DNA of 64,000 nucleotides from an uncultured archaeon (GTDB lineage Archaea > Altiarchaeota > Altiarchaeia > IMC4 > QMZM01): contig CAZJVE010000003.1 of assembly GCA_964549685.1 (NCBI GenBank), forward strand, positions 1-64,000. Direction: 5' to 3'. Below, in pieces: positions 45,771-55,978 of this stretch. The position numbers and the translations under genes were made by a program. Position 1 is the first letter of the stretch. The number at the start of each line of letters is the position of its first letter. The notes beneath the pieces were generated by a model, which saw nothing but the letters and a program-made list of their open reading frames with translations, did not search any database and was not told where the DNA came from.

Positions 45771-46760
45771 ATGAGAGTTTGTCTCTATCTTGAGCTTGAA
45801 TCGAAGATGAGGGGGAGCGGAATCGGAGCCGCCATAAAGAACCAGAGGAGAGGGTTGGAGCTGAATGATGTCGAATATACGAGCGACCTGAATGAAGAAT
45901 TCGACATCCTCCATACGAATTCTATCGGCCTGAACTCTCTCAGAGTGGCTAGAGGGATGAAGAAAAAGGGGAAGAAGGTCGTCATGCATGCCCATACAAC
46001 GGCAGATGATTTCAGGAACAGCTACAGGTTCAGCAATGTCATAGCGCCCTTTCTCAAAAAATATCTCAACTACTATTATAACCACGCCGACCTCGTTCTT
46101 TGCCCCTCAGAGTATACGAAGGGCGTGCTAGAGAAGGCGGGGGTTAAAGCCCCCATAATACCGATAAGCAACGGCATAGACATAGAGAGGTTTAAGTTCT
46201 CCAAGAAGAAGAGGAGGGAATTCAGAAAAGAGTTTGAACTGGAGGGAATTACTCCCCTCTCAGTTGGCCATGTATTCAGGAGGAAAGGTGTATCGACCTT
46301 CACCCGTCTCGCTGAAAGGCTTCCCAACAGATTCGTCTGGGTCGGCAGGAGATACAAGAGGATGGAGGACCCCTCAATTGCCAAGCTGATAAAGAACGCG
46401 CCCAGTAACTTCATACTCATACATTTCATCAAGGACATTGTCTCTGCCTATTCGGGCTCGGACATATTTCTGTTTCCCAGCCACTGCGAGAACCAGGGCA
46501 TAGTTATTCTGGAGGCGAGCTCCTGCAGGATGCCCATTATAGTAAGGGATTTGCCAGTCTATAAGGGCTGGTTGGAAGATGGAGTTAATTGTCTCAAGGC
46601 CAGGAACGAAGGGGATTTCAAGAAAAAACTGAAAATATTGATAGAGGACGAGAAACTAAGAGATAAACTGGCCAAGAACGCCTACAAGATGTCGAGGGAG
46701 CACTCCCTCCAGAAGGTAGGTAAAAAACTCAAGGAGATATACTCTGGGCTTCTGGAATAG
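45771..46760 (+). CDS. Glycosyltransferase family 4
   Basis: ISNGID, FPSHCENQGIVILEA. Confidence 0.88.
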   Translation: MRVCLYLELESKMRGSGIGAAIKNQRRGLELNDVEYTSDLNEEFDILHTNSIGLNSLRVARGMKKKGKKVVMHAHTTADDFRNSYRFSNVIAPFLKKYLNYYYNHADLVLCPSEYTKGVLEKAGVKAPIIPISNGIDIERFKFSKKKRREFRKEFELEGITPLSVGHVFRRKGVSTFTRLAERLPNRFVWVGRRYKRMEDPSIAKLIKNAPSNFILIHFIKDIVSAYSGSDIFLFPSHCENQGIVILEASSCRMPIIVRDLPVYKGWLEDGVNCLKARNEGDFKKKLKILIEDEKLRDKLAKNAYKMSREHSLQKVGKKLKEIYSGLLE

Positions 46761-48894
46761 TCAGCGGCTCTGGTACAGGGATAATCTCGGCCTCCAGGTT
46801 CTTTTTCTCGGTTATGTCCTCAACAATAGCCACCAGACCAGTAACCTTACCCTTCATATCCATTAGAGGAAACACCTTCAGCCTTGCAAAAATCCTCTTT
46901 CCCCAGTGGGATACGTACTCCTTCTCGAGGTCGAATTCCTTTCCCTCCATAAGGACCTTCTTGAATACCTTGTCCAGGCCAGCTTTCTTTATGGCAGCCA
47001 GTTTGAAGAGATTGAGGCTCTTTGTCTTCTCCTCAGAGGGACTTCCTAGGATTTGGATAATGGCAGGATTTGTATGTATTATATTCCCTTCTTTATCCCC
47101 TGTCAGAATCCCAAAAGGCGCGTTGTCTATAACGCTCCTTTTAAGCTCGTTGAGATATTTTATCCGGTTCTCGGCCCCTTTGCGCTCGGTTATGTCTTCA
47201 ACCATCCCAAGGACTGTTTTTTCACCGTTGATAGTGACTACTTTAGTCCGGACTTCAATGGACTTCGTAGTACCATCTTTCCTGCTTATCTCAAACTCAT
47301 CAGGACCCGTTGGCTTCCCCATTCTATTTAGGGTAAGTAGCTTTGTTGCCTTGAGGACGTCTTTTGAACTGAGAAGCTTAAGTTCCAGAAAGTTCTTGCC
47401 AACCAATTCGTTGGATTCATAACCCACTATTTCTTCAGCTTTTTTATTGCCATAAAGGAAGGCTCCATTCATGTCGTTATAATAGATTCCAATAGGTGCA
47501 TTCTCCGTAAGGATCCTGAACCTGTCCTCTGAATTCTTAAGTGCATCCTCCGCCTTCTTGCGCTCGGTGATGTCTCTGAATATCCCCTGAATCACTGGTT
47601 TTCCCCTGATTAAAGTAACGGATGCCGATATGTGAACCGGTTTTATCTTTCCTGACTTGGTTATTATCTCGGCCTCGTCGTCAACGGCCCCTTTTCGTTC
47701 TATATGCTCTTTGAACTGGTTGCTGTAATATTCCGATTTTTCCGGGGAATGGAGCTTTGTTTGATGTAGTCCAATAATCTCGTGCCTTTCTCTCTCCAAA
47801 AGGGTTTCTGCCGCCCTATTACAGTTGGTAATCAGGCCGGTCTTGGGGTCTGCCCAGAAGATTGCGTCCTTTGCATTCTCGAATGTTAGCCTGAATTCCT
47901 CCTCGCTCTCCCGCACTGCCTCCCTCGCCTCCTTGCGCTCGGTGATGTCCCGTGTAGTAGCAATAAAGGCATTTGGTTTCCCATTGGCATCTTTAATCAG
48001 TGCGGCGTTCAATTCACCGGTAAAGGTGGTTCCATCTTTCCTCAGTAAGGTATATTCCAACCCCCTTGAAACCCCTTCCGTGAGGGTTTTCTGGAGATTT
48101 GCAGCCGCATTTTCGTGGTCTTCTGGAGATATAAATTCAAAGGCGTTTTTTCCGATTAACTCCTTGGTCTTTTTGAAACCATGTATTTCAAGTGTTCGCT
48201 GGGATACGTAAGTAATATTCCCCTCCAAATCGGTTACAGTCACTGCCTCAGGGGAGGTTTTTACCAGCGTCTTATACATTTCCTCTGACCCCCGCATCGC
48301 CTCCTCCGCCCGTTTCATCTCGGTTATGTCCCTAACCATCTCAATGACGGACACGCTTCCGTCGGGGTTCTTCATTGGCGAAGCAATCAGGTCATATGAC
48401 TTGTCATCTTTGTCTGTTGCCTGGTATCTCATCGGGGCCAGGTTTCCTTTATGCAGAATTTCTGTGACCGGGCATTTTACGCATGGTTCGTCCCGCCCTA
48501 TAAAGGCCTTGTAGCACTTCTCTCCAACCCTGTTGCCAAATTTTTTGATAAGGGACTCGTTCATGAACTCAATCTCATAGTTTTCGTTCTCTACCACTAT
48601 GCCATCGGGCATTGTAGACAGGATATGCCCAAGGGTTGTTTTCAGGCCAGTGTCAACAATATCCTTTGATCCATTTGAAACGCCATGTAGTGGGGACTTC
48701 TCTATGAACCATATCTTCCCCATGCCTGCTCTCTTGAAGCCTATCTTACCCTCGGCATTCAGTATATTAAGATACTTGGCGAGGGTGTGCCGGTTGATTC
48801 CCAGCGCTTTTGAGATTTCGGTGGATGAGGCCCCGTGCAGGCCGTGCTCCTTTATGCAGCCGATAATCCTCTCCTCGATATCTGAAGATTTCAT
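46729..48894 (-). CDS. wHTH plus multi-PAS/PAC sensor protein without kinase domain
   Basis: N-terminal EISKALGINRHTLAKYL HTH; five PAS/PAC units ending DITE(R)K. Confidence 0.8.
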   Translation of the reverse strand: MKSSDIEERIIGCIKEHGLHGASSTEISKALGINRHTLAKYLNILNAEGKIGFKRAGMGKIWFIEKSPLHGVSNGSKDIVDTGLKTTLGHILSTMPDGIVVENENYEIEFMNESLIKKFGNRVGEKCYKAFIGRDEPCVKCPVTEILHKGNLAPMRYQATDKDDKSYDLIASPMKNPDGSVSVIEMVRDITEMKRAEEAMRGSEEMYKTLVKTSPEAVTVTDLEGNITYVSQRTLEIHGFKKTKELIGKNAFEFISPEDHENAAANLQKTLTEGVSRGLEYTLLRKDGTTFTGELNAALIKDANGKPNAFIATTRDITERKEAREAVRESEEEFRLTFENAKDAIFWADPKTGLITNCNRAAETLLERERHEIIGLHQTKLHSPEKSEYYSNQFKEHIERKGAVDDEAEIITKSGKIKPVHISASVTLIRGKPVIQGIFRDITERKKAEDALKNSEDRFRILTENAPIGIYYNDMNGAFLYGNKKAEEIVGYESNELVGKNFLELKLLSSKDVLKATKLLTLNRMGKPTGPDEFEISRKDGTTKSIEVRTKVVTINGEKTVLGMVEDITERKGAENRIKYLNELKRSVIDNAPFGILTGDKEGNIIHTNPAIIQILGSPSEEKTKSLNLFKLAAIKKAGLDKVFKKVLMEGKEFDLEKEYVSHWGKRIFARLKVFPLMDMKGKVTGLVAIVEDITEKKNLEAEIIPVPEPLTIPEAQSISP

Positions 48895-48935
48895 CTTCCC
48901 TTGGTTAGATTAATATTCCAATGAACATTAAAATC

Positions 48936-49193
48936 CTATCTATGTGATGCCCTGCGGTTCTTGAACCACAGTTTTGTGCCTCCCGAGGTCTCAATCCTTC
49001 TCGATGCTATGGCGTTCCTTATCCTGGGTTTCAGCTCATCGAGAACGCCATTATTGCTATCCTCGAGAGCAGTAAGAATAATGGATATCAACTCCTGAAA
49101 TTCATCATCGTCACTATATCTTTTTGAATAACCAGTGCATACCTCTTCCAGGCGCTCCGTCCTGTTCCTCTCCAAAAGGCTTAGCACGTCCAT
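48936..49193 (-). CDS. Hypothetical protein
   Basis: Probable start MDVLSLL at 49193; upstream of the PAS gene. Confidence 0.5.
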   Translation of the reverse strand: MDVLSLLERNRTERLEEVCTGYSKRYSDDDEFQELISIILTALEDSNNGVLDELKPRIRNAIASRRIETSGGTKLWFKNRRASHR

Positions 49194-49245
49194 GAAGATA
49201 TAGTGGCTTGCTAAGACCATTATAATGACCACCCACCCCATTGTA

Positions 49246-49269
49246 TTGGTTACCAATACTGGTAACCAA
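49246..49269. promoter_or_regulatory. Perfect inverted repeat in divergent promoter
   Basis: TTGGTTACCA-ATAC-TGGTAACCAA. Confidence 0.6.
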
Positions 49270-49322
49270 CAGAGTATATATGGATATACATATATAAAAG
49301 GGGGAAATTCCATTATTTAATA

Positions 49323-49979
49323 ATGGCAAAATTCGACAGAAGGGAATTTCCATCCCTGTTGCTGGTTATATTGATGTTTGTATTTGGTTTTGCCCTGTCA
49401 GCTGAATTCCCGTCCAGTGTCCCGACGCAGTGGAATGTGTGGGGCGAGATAATAGGCTACGGTTCAAGCAATCAGGCCCTCTTCGTTATACCGCTGATAA
49501 GCCTTATCACTTACATAATCCTGAGTGTCATCCCGAAGATAGCAGTGATGAAGACGAACATGGAGCTCTTCCTGGACTACATCTTCAGGATAAAGGCGGC
49601 CATAATTCTCTTCTTCTTCGGGCTGTACATGAGCAGCGTTCTGAATTCCCTTGGCTATGAATTCAACATGAGCTACTACATAATACCCTCGCTTGCCGTC
49701 CTCCTCTATTATATCGGCTGGATTCTGCAGTACTCGAAGAGGAACTTCTTCATAGGTATAAAGACCCCGTGGACGCTCTCGGATGACAGGGTATGGGAAA
49801 ACACCCACAGGATTGGGAGTATCACACTCAGGATAAACGCCGCGCTTCTCCTCCTTGCATTGCTTTTCCCGAACGTGATTCTCATAATATTCACTGTTCC
49901 GGTAATACTGAACTTTGTCTTCTTCTGGGTTTTCTCCTACTGGGAATATCGAAGGCTTGGCCTCAACAAGCATGCTTGA
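49323..49979 (+). CDS. SdpI/DUF1648-family membrane protein
   Basis: PSSVPTQWN, RNFFIGIKTPWTLSDDRVWENTHR. Confidence 0.88.
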   Translation: MAKFDRREFPSLLLVILMFVFGFALSAEFPSSVPTQWNVWGEIIGYGSSNQALFVIPLISLITYIILSVIPKIAVMKTNMELFLDYIFRIKAAIILFFFGLYMSSVLNSLGYEFNMSYYIIPSLAVLLYYIGWILQYSKRNFFIGIKTPWTLSDDRVWENTHRIGSITLRINAALLLLALLFPNVILIIFTVPVILNFVFFWVFSYWEYRRLGLNKHA

Positions 49980-50005
49980 TTCGGTGAAAACCGAAGAAAA
50001 CCGAA
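49980..50005. promoter_or_regulatory. Putative operator upstream of ArsR-type gene
   Basis: TTCGGT-GAAA-ACCGAA palindrome plus repeated GAAAACCGAA, just before TTTATATA at 50011. Confidence 0.55.
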
Positions 50006-50044
50006 ATCGCTTTATATATTCCTGGAGCATAGATTATTGGTAGA

Positions 50045-50743
50045 ATGCAAGACAAGATAACTCTGGACAGGGAGACCTTCAAGGCCCTTGCGATGGACAC
50101 CAGAGTCAAGATATTGAAGAGGCTGGACGAGAACTACCAGTACACGCTGACGGACCTGGCCAGTGAAATGGACATGGCCCCCTCCACCATCAAGGAGCAC
50201 CTGGACAAACTGCTCGAGGTGGGGCTGATTAAGCAGGTGGAAAGAGGGAAAAAATGGAAATATTACCGCCTTACTGACAAGGGGAAGAAGATTCTCAATC
50301 CGTATGAGAAAAGGGTGATGATAGTCCTTGCAGCAACGATGCTCTTCCTATTCGGCGTCGTCTACCGCCTTATCTACCTGATGGGCGGTCTTGTTAAGCC
50401 AGTAATTGTGCAGCAGGTTCCTGGCATACTTGCGGGGACTGCCAAGAAGGAGACAGCGCTCGACCTCACCAGGGGAGCCGAGAAGGCGCTGACTACTGTT
50501 CCTGCCGATAGTATGGAGTACGCCGACACTGCGCTTAGTGCCGCGGAGGAGGGCGCGGCGGAGACAACGACCACGGTAATTGCAACTGTTGAAGAAGCGG
50601 CGAGTACAATAATAGAAACAACGACCATACCGGCAGAATTCCCGGTCATGGAGCTTCCCTATGCCGAATTAGTCCTCGCACTGGTTCTTACCCTAATTGC
50701 AGGGATATGCATAGGATATTTAGTCAGGAGGAGAATAACTTAA
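50045..50743 (+). CDS. Membrane-anchored ArsR-family regulator
   Basis: FKALAMDTRVKIL..STIKEHLDKL..KWKYYRLT; TM, Thr/Ala/Glu-rich loop, C-terminal TM. Confidence 0.82.
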   Translation: MQDKITLDRETFKALAMDTRVKILKRLDENYQYTLTDLASEMDMAPSTIKEHLDKLLEVGLIKQVERGKKWKYYRLTDKGKKILNPYEKRVMIVLAATMLFLFGVVYRLIYLMGGLVKPVIVQQVPGILAGTAKKETALDLTRGAEKALTTVPADSMEYADTALSAAEEGAAETTTTVIATVEEAASTIIETTTIPAEFPVMELPYAELVLALVLTLIAGICIGYLVRRRIT

Positions 50744-50747
50744 TGTC

Positions 50748-51839
50748 ATGAAGATTGGGATATTCACGGACACCTATTTTCCGCAGATTAACGGCGTAAC
50801 CTTCACGGTAAAGGCCTGGAAGGATAGACTTAAGGAAACGCATGAGGTATCCATCTATTATCCAAAGGGGAAGTACAAGCCGGAACATGACGAATTTCCC
50901 TTCAAGTCCATGGAGTTCAAGTTCTACAAGGGCTACAAGGTTGCCTTTCCCGTTGACATATCAAGGAAGGCAAAGGACCTGGACATAGTCCACATCCACG
51001 GGCTGTTCTCGATGGCCCTGGCTGGGCTTTACGTCTCAAAAAGATACAAGCTGCCGAGAATTCTCACATACCATACACCTGCCGACCAGTACATCAGCTA
51101 CATGACCAAGAACAAGACCCTCCAGAGCAGCCTGATGAAACTCTATAACCTCTGGGAGAGAAAGCTGCTGAATTCCTGCGACTTTGTCACATGCCCGTCA
51201 AACCCCATCAGGAAGATGCTGCTGAAGAAGGGCGTGAAAGACGTAACCGTTCTCTCCAACGGCATAGACCTGGAATTCTTCAGGCCGACCGACCCGGCAC
51301 AGTTCAGGGAGAAATTCGGGGTTAAGGCTGAAAAGGTGATAGGATTCTGCGGCCGCTTCGGCTATGAAAAGCACCTGGAGGACCTGATAGGAATCGCTGA
51401 TAAATTCGACGGAGATATTCTGATTGCCGGAATGGGCCCTGCCGAGGCGCATTTCAAGAAACTCGGCAAGGGGAAGAAGAATGTGAAATTCATCGGCTTT
51501 CTTACAAGAGAGGAGCTGCTTGCGTTCTACTCCTGCCTTGACATCTTTGTGTTTCCGTCAACGGCAGAAACCCAGGGCCTTGTTGCCTTGGAGGCGATGG
51601 CCTGCGGAACTCCAGTTGTTGGAGCAGATGCAATGGCCCTGAAAGATACCATTCAGGAGGGGGTGAATGGCTATAGGTATAAACAGGGCGACCTGAAGAA
51701 ACTGATGCAGCTGATTGACAAGGCCTACAAGAACAAGGATGAGCTGGCCAGTAACGGCCTTGAGACGGTGAAGGAACACTCGCTACACAATACTGTCGAG
51801 AAACTGAACGAAATCTACGAGAAGTTAGCCAGTCGCTGA
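50748..51839 (+). CDS. Glycosyltransferase family 4
   Basis: IFTDTYFPQINGV, TYHT, FPSTAETQGLVALEAMACG. Confidence 0.9.
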   Translation: MKIGIFTDTYFPQINGVTFTVKAWKDRLKETHEVSIYYPKGKYKPEHDEFPFKSMEFKFYKGYKVAFPVDISRKAKDLDIVHIHGLFSMALAGLYVSKRYKLPRILTYHTPADQYISYMTKNKTLQSSLMKLYNLWERKLLNSCDFVTCPSNPIRKMLLKKGVKDVTVLSNGIDLEFFRPTDPAQFREKFGVKAEKVIGFCGRFGYEKHLEDLIGIADKFDGDILIAGMGPAEAHFKKLGKGKKNVKFIGFLTREELLAFYSCLDIFVFPSTAETQGLVALEAMACGTPVVGADAMALKDTIQEGVNGYRYKQGDLKKLMQLIDKAYKNKDELASNGLETVKEHSLHNTVEKLNEIYEKLASR

Positions 51840-53099
51840 ATCCAGCCCGAGGCTGTCCTTGACTATTGTCTTTATTTCCTGTGGAGGATAACCAAGCCTT
51901 ATCAGCCTTGTCGTGCCTCTTACTCCCTTACCTGACGCCCTCAGCGTAATCATACCCAGCATCTCTAATTCGTTCAGATAGTCTGAAAACTGCCTCATGG
52001 TCCTCGGGTTCCGCTCCAGTGAATTACAGTTGCCCTCATATGCCTCATACACCTCGCCGCTGAAGAGGTCGCCGTTATGTATCCCGGAAAGCCTCTTGTA
52101 CATGCCCCCCTGCGATGCAAGCGCCGCTATCGAGTACATGACAATCTGCTGGTGCTCTGGGAGGGTGCTTATCGCCTCGGCCATTATGTCTGTTTCAACT
52201 GCATTCTTCGCCTTCCCGACGTCATCGGCATTAACCTTCTTCCTCCCGGAGTCCTGCGCTATCTCCCCCGCCTTCTGCAGCAGCTTTAATGCATACCTGG
52301 CATCGCCGTCCTGGGCCGCAAACGCCGAAATCCTTGAGATGGCAGAATCATCCATAGTCTTCTTCTGGAATCCCGCCGCTACTCTCTGCTTTAGGATGCT
52401 CTTCAGCTGCATGGCGTTGTAGGGCTTGAACAGCCGCTCCTCCTCACACAGCGTGCTTTTGGTCCGTGGGTCCAGCCGTTTCTTAAACCTTGCATCGTTC
52501 GATATCCCTATTACCGAGAGTGAGCCGGATTTTATCTCGTCGTTTATCCTGGTTAAGAGGTAGACAACATCATTTAGGCCCTTGGTTATCATGTCAATCT
52601 CATCGAGAACGACTACGATGTTAAGGCCGTTGTCCTGGATAACCTTCAGGAGCCTTTCGTACAAATCCGCGGGGTCCATGCCCTTCAGCCCTTTATCAGA
52701 CCTGTCGGAGAGGGGAATGCTCTTCAGCCCCTCGGTGTTCAGGGCCTCGTCCTCCAGAATCTTCAGGAAAACCTGGTATTTCGAGTTCCTTACCTTGCAG
52801 TTCATATACACGACTCCCACTATAACGTTGTTGGAATTCTTATCCGGGTTTTGGACGAATTCCTCCAGTTTCCTGAGAACGTATTTTACCGATACTGTCT
52901 TTCCTGTGCCTGTCTTCCCATAGACGAAGATGTTGTCCGGCTTCTCGTTCCTCAGGACGTGGGCTATAATCCGCGTCAGGTCCCTTATCTCGTTCTCCCT
53001 GTGAGGAAGCTCCACTGGAACATAGTGCGGAGACAGGATTGAGACGTTCTTGAATATCTTTCTTTCCTTCAGCTCCTTTTCGAATAAATCGTCTACCAT
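51825..53099 (-). CDS. cdc6: Orc1/Cdc6 replication initiator
   Basis: LPHRE, YGKTGTGKT, VLDEID, GDARYAL, C-terminal wH. Confidence 0.93.
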   Translation of the reverse strand: MVDDLFEKELKERKIFKNVSILSPHYVPVELPHRENEIRDLTRIIAHVLRNEKPDNIFVYGKTGTGKTVSVKYVLRKLEEFVQNPDKNSNNVIVGVVYMNCKVRNSKYQVFLKILEDEALNTEGLKSIPLSDRSDKGLKGMDPADLYERLLKVIQDNGLNIVVVLDEIDMITKGLNDVVYLLTRINDEIKSGSLSVIGISNDARFKKRLDPRTKSTLCEEERLFKPYNAMQLKSILKQRVAAGFQKKTMDDSAISRISAFAAQDGDARYALKLLQKAGEIAQDSGRKKVNADDVGKAKNAVETDIMAEAISTLPEHQQIVMYSIAALASQGGMYKRLSGIHNGDLFSGEVYEAYEGNCNSLERNPRTMRQFSDYLNELEMLGMITLRASGKGVRGTTRLIRLGYPPQEIKTIVKDSLGLDSATG

Positions 53100-53177
53100 T
53101 TTCCTGGCTAGGTTGTTTTTTAACCAAAGAAGTATAATTTATTAAGTAATCCTTTTAATTAACTGGTGAGACTAAAA

Positions 53178-53546
53178 ATGGTGCTTAAGAAGATTTTAGG
53201 GCGTGGAGAAGAGGTGGAAGAGGAGGAGATAGACATAGAGGAGTATCTCAATGATCTAAGCATAAGGGAAGGCAAAATCATCGAAAGGGACGACATCACC
53301 TACGTAAAGCCAGTTGACCTTGACAGGGAGGGCGGAGGACTGGCCCAGGCCATGCAGGAGCTGGAGAAGGACAACATAGTCGTCCTGAACGTAAGAACCC
53401 TTATGGACAACAAGCTGCTCCTGAGGAAGATAGTCAAGGAGTTGAGGGATGCCTGCCTCGATGCAGATGGAGATATAGGTAAAATATCAGACGAGAAGAT
53501 TCTGATAGTCCCCAGCGGAATGAGAATAGTCCATAGGGGAAGCTAA
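53178..53546 (+). CDS. sepF: Cell division protein SepF (archaeal)
   Basis: Amphipathic N-terminus, acidic linker, NIVVLNV..GDIGKI...ILIVPSG. Confidence 0.82.
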   Translation: MVLKKILGRGEEVEEEEIDIEEYLNDLSIREGKIIERDDITYVKPVDLDREGGGLAQAMQELEKDNIVVLNVRTLMDNKLLLRKIVKELRDACLDADGDIGKISDEKILIVPSGMRIVHRGS

Positions 53547-53554
53547 CCCGTAGG

Positions 53555-54157
53555 ATGAGAGTTTTTGGAACGAATGTTGGCTTCATTGAGTCTGTAATTG
53601 CAGTATGTTTTCTCGCCTTTATGGCCATCCAGATAGGGGGCAGGGCGGTCATTGCACTTATCGTATTGAGCCCCAGCACTGTTGCGATTTTTCCATGGAC
53701 AGTTGTAAGCAGCATATTCGCCCACGCCGGAGTAACGCATCTCATATTCAACATGCTCGGGATGTACCTCTGGGGGAGCTATTTGCAGTCGATTATAGGT
53801 GAAAAGAGGCTGATAAGGGTTTTCTTTGCCGGCGGTCTTCTGGGAAGCGTCTTAAGCGTCATAATCTATTCAATCTCTAATCCCACAGTCTTTGTTCTCG
53901 GGGCTTCTGGAGCCATATTCGCAATCGCAGCAACCCTTGCAATGTTGAGGCCAAATATGAGGGTTATGATGATTCCAGTTCCTATCCCCATGCAGCTATG
54001 GAAGGCGGTATTTGGATTCATGCTGCTTCTCTCATTCATTCCCGGAACTGCGTGGCCGGGCCATCTTGGAGGGCTTGTAGCAGGGGCATTGATGGGACAC
54101 TTCTACAAGAAAAAAGGCATCGGCAAGGCGCCGGCTCATGGCTTCAGATTCTACTAA
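53555..54157 (+). CDS. Rhomboid intramembrane serine protease
   Basis: HLIFNM, GASGA, HLGG. Confidence 0.9.
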   Translation: MRVFGTNVGFIESVIAVCFLAFMAIQIGGRAVIALIVLSPSTVAIFPWTVVSSIFAHAGVTHLIFNMLGMYLWGSYLQSIIGEKRLIRVFFAGGLLGSVLSVIIYSISNPTVFVLGASGAIFAIAATLAMLRPNMRVMMIPVPIPMQLWKAVFGFMLLLSFIPGTAWPGHLGGLVAGALMGHFYKKKGIGKAPAHGFRFY

Positions 54158-54159
54158 AA

Positions 54160-55944
54160 CTACCTCCCGAAATAATCATTCCAGGACTTTACCTCCATCT
54201 CCCTGTGCCTTACCAGGTCGATGGCATTGGCAGCAGCCAGAGCCCCTGCCACGGTCGTTATATAGGGGACATCCAAATCCACGGCGCTGCATCTAATCTT
54301 ATAGCCATCTCTCTTCGGCTTCTTTCCGATGGTGGGTGTGTTTATTATGAGGTCTATGCTTTTTTCCCTCATCAAGTCGAGAACATTGGGGCTTCCCTCA
54401 CTTATCTTCAGGACCTTCCGGTTATCCACCCCATTCTTTGTCAGGAAATCGGAGGTTCCGGTCGTAGCGATTATCTCAAAACCCATATCCGAAAATTTCT
54501 TGGCTATTGGAAGAAGCACTGGCTGATGCTTCGTGTTAACACTCATGAATATCTTTCCTTGCAATGGCAACTCGTTGCCTGCTGCAATCTGAGACTTGTA
54601 ATAGGCCATTGCAAAGTCACGGTCTATACCCATAACCTCTCCAGTCGATTTCATCTCAGGGCCGAGGACCGGGTCGACATTCGGCAGTTTTATGAATGGA
54701 AAAACGACCTCCTTTACCGAAACGTGCTTGATCTTCCCCATTGGATTAAAATCAGTAACTATGTCCTTCAGCTTCATCCCAATCATTGCCTTGGCCGCTA
54801 TCTTTGCCAATGGAATCCCGACCGATTTGCCGACAAACGGAACGGTTCTTGATGATCTTGGATTGGCTTCCAGTGCATAGACCTTTCCGTCCCTTACAGC
54901 GTACTGTATATTCAGCAGGCCGACGACGTTCAGTTCAAGAGCAAGCTTCTTCGAATACTCCTCTATTGTCTTGATTATCCCCTTCTCCAGAGTCTGTGGC
55001 GGAATTACGCATGCTGAATCTCCGGAATGGATTCCCGCCTCTTCGATGTGCTCCATTATAGCTCCTATAAGAACGTCCTTTCCGTCAGAGACGACATCGA
55101 CATCAACCTCAACAGCATCCTGAAGGAACTTGTCCACCAGAATCGGGTGCTTCGGCGACACCCTGACTGCCTCCTGGATGTAGTCCTCAAGTTCATCCTC
55201 GTCATGAACTATCTCCATTGCTCTCCCACCAAGAACATAGCTCGGCCTTACGAGGACCGGGTATCCGATTCTCGAGGCAATCTCTTTTGCCTCCTTGAAG
55301 CTGTGAGCCGTGCCCCAGTCAGCAGAGGGTATCTTCAGTTTATCCAGAACCTTCCCGAAGAGGTCCCTGTTCTCTGCCCGGTCTATGTCCTCCGGCCTTG
55401 TGCCGAGAATCTTTACGCCGTTCTCATTTAATGAATGCACGAGATTTATTGCCGTCTGGCCCCCGAACTGGACCATCACTCCAAGCAGGTTTTTGGACTC
55501 CTCCTCAACGATATCCATAACATTCTCGAGTGTTATTGGCTCGAAGTACAGCTTGTCGGATATATCAAAATCCGTAGAAACCGTCTCAGGGTTGTTGTTA
55601 ACAACAACAGTCTCAATCCCTACCTCCCCTAATGCGAATACTGCATGCACCGTGCAGCAATCGAATTCTATCCCCTGGCCAATCCTTATTGGACCGGAGC
55701 CGAGAATTATGACCTTCTTCTTGTCTGAAACCTCGGATTCATCCTCGTGCTCATAGGTCGAATAGTAGTAGGGCGTTTCTGCATCGAATTCGGCTGCACA
55801 CGTATCGACCATCTTATAGGTGGTTTCTATGGAACTCTTCCTTCTCAATTCCCTCAGCTTTTTCTCATCCCCCAACTGACTGTCCAGAAAGCCCATTCTC
55901 TTCAGCTTCTTTAGTTCCTCTGCATCAATCTTGACCATATCCAT
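54160..55944 (-). CDS. carB: Carbamoyl-phosphate synthase large subunit, C-terminal half (split CarB)
   Basis: VDTCAAEF, GSGPIRIGQGIEFD, RPSYVLGG, EANPRSSRT, MGS domain; N-terminal synthetase half absent. Confidence 0.9.
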   Translation of the reverse strand: MDMVKIDAEELKKLKRMGFLDSQLGDEKKLRELRRKSSIETTYKMVDTCAAEFDAETPYYYSTYEHEDESEVSDKKKVIILGSGPIRIGQGIEFDCCTVHAVFALGEVGIETVVVNNNPETVSTDFDISDKLYFEPITLENVMDIVEEESKNLLGVMVQFGGQTAINLVHSLNENGVKILGTRPEDIDRAENRDLFGKVLDKLKIPSADWGTAHSFKEAKEIASRIGYPVLVRPSYVLGGRAMEIVHDEDELEDYIQEAVRVSPKHPILVDKFLQDAVEVDVDVVSDGKDVLIGAIMEHIEEAGIHSGDSACVIPPQTLEKGIIKTIEEYSKKLALELNVVGLLNIQYAVRDGKVYALEANPRSSRTVPFVGKSVGIPLAKIAAKAMIGMKLKDIVTDFNPMGKIKHVSVKEVVFPFIKLPNVDPVLGPEMKSTGEVMGIDRDFAMAYYKSQIAAGNELPLQGKIFMSVNTKHQPVLLPIAKKFSDMGFEIIATTGTSDFLTKNGVDNRKVLKISEGSPNVLDLMREKSIDLIINTPTIGKKPKRDGYKIRCSAVDLDVPYITTVAGALAAANAIDLVRHREMEVKSWNDYFGR

Positions 55945-55978
55945 ATATATTTAAATTCATTCAATATATTCAGTATCC

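Noticed and set aside
46800-48330. Recurrent GCGCTCGGTGATGTC-like sequences as CRISPR or mobile repeats
   Set aside because: They encode the DITERK ends of PAS/PAC domains within one ORF.
53010-53021. ORB-like sequence (GTTCCAGTGGAG on minus strand) suggesting an origin at cdc6
   Set aside because: Single copy inside the coding sequence, no G-string, and the upstream intergenic region is short with no ORB repeats.
53998-54852. Long antisense ORFs (this one, 5337-6017, 40321-40950 and others)
   Set aside because: They shadow well-supported genes on the opposite strand and show no motifs.
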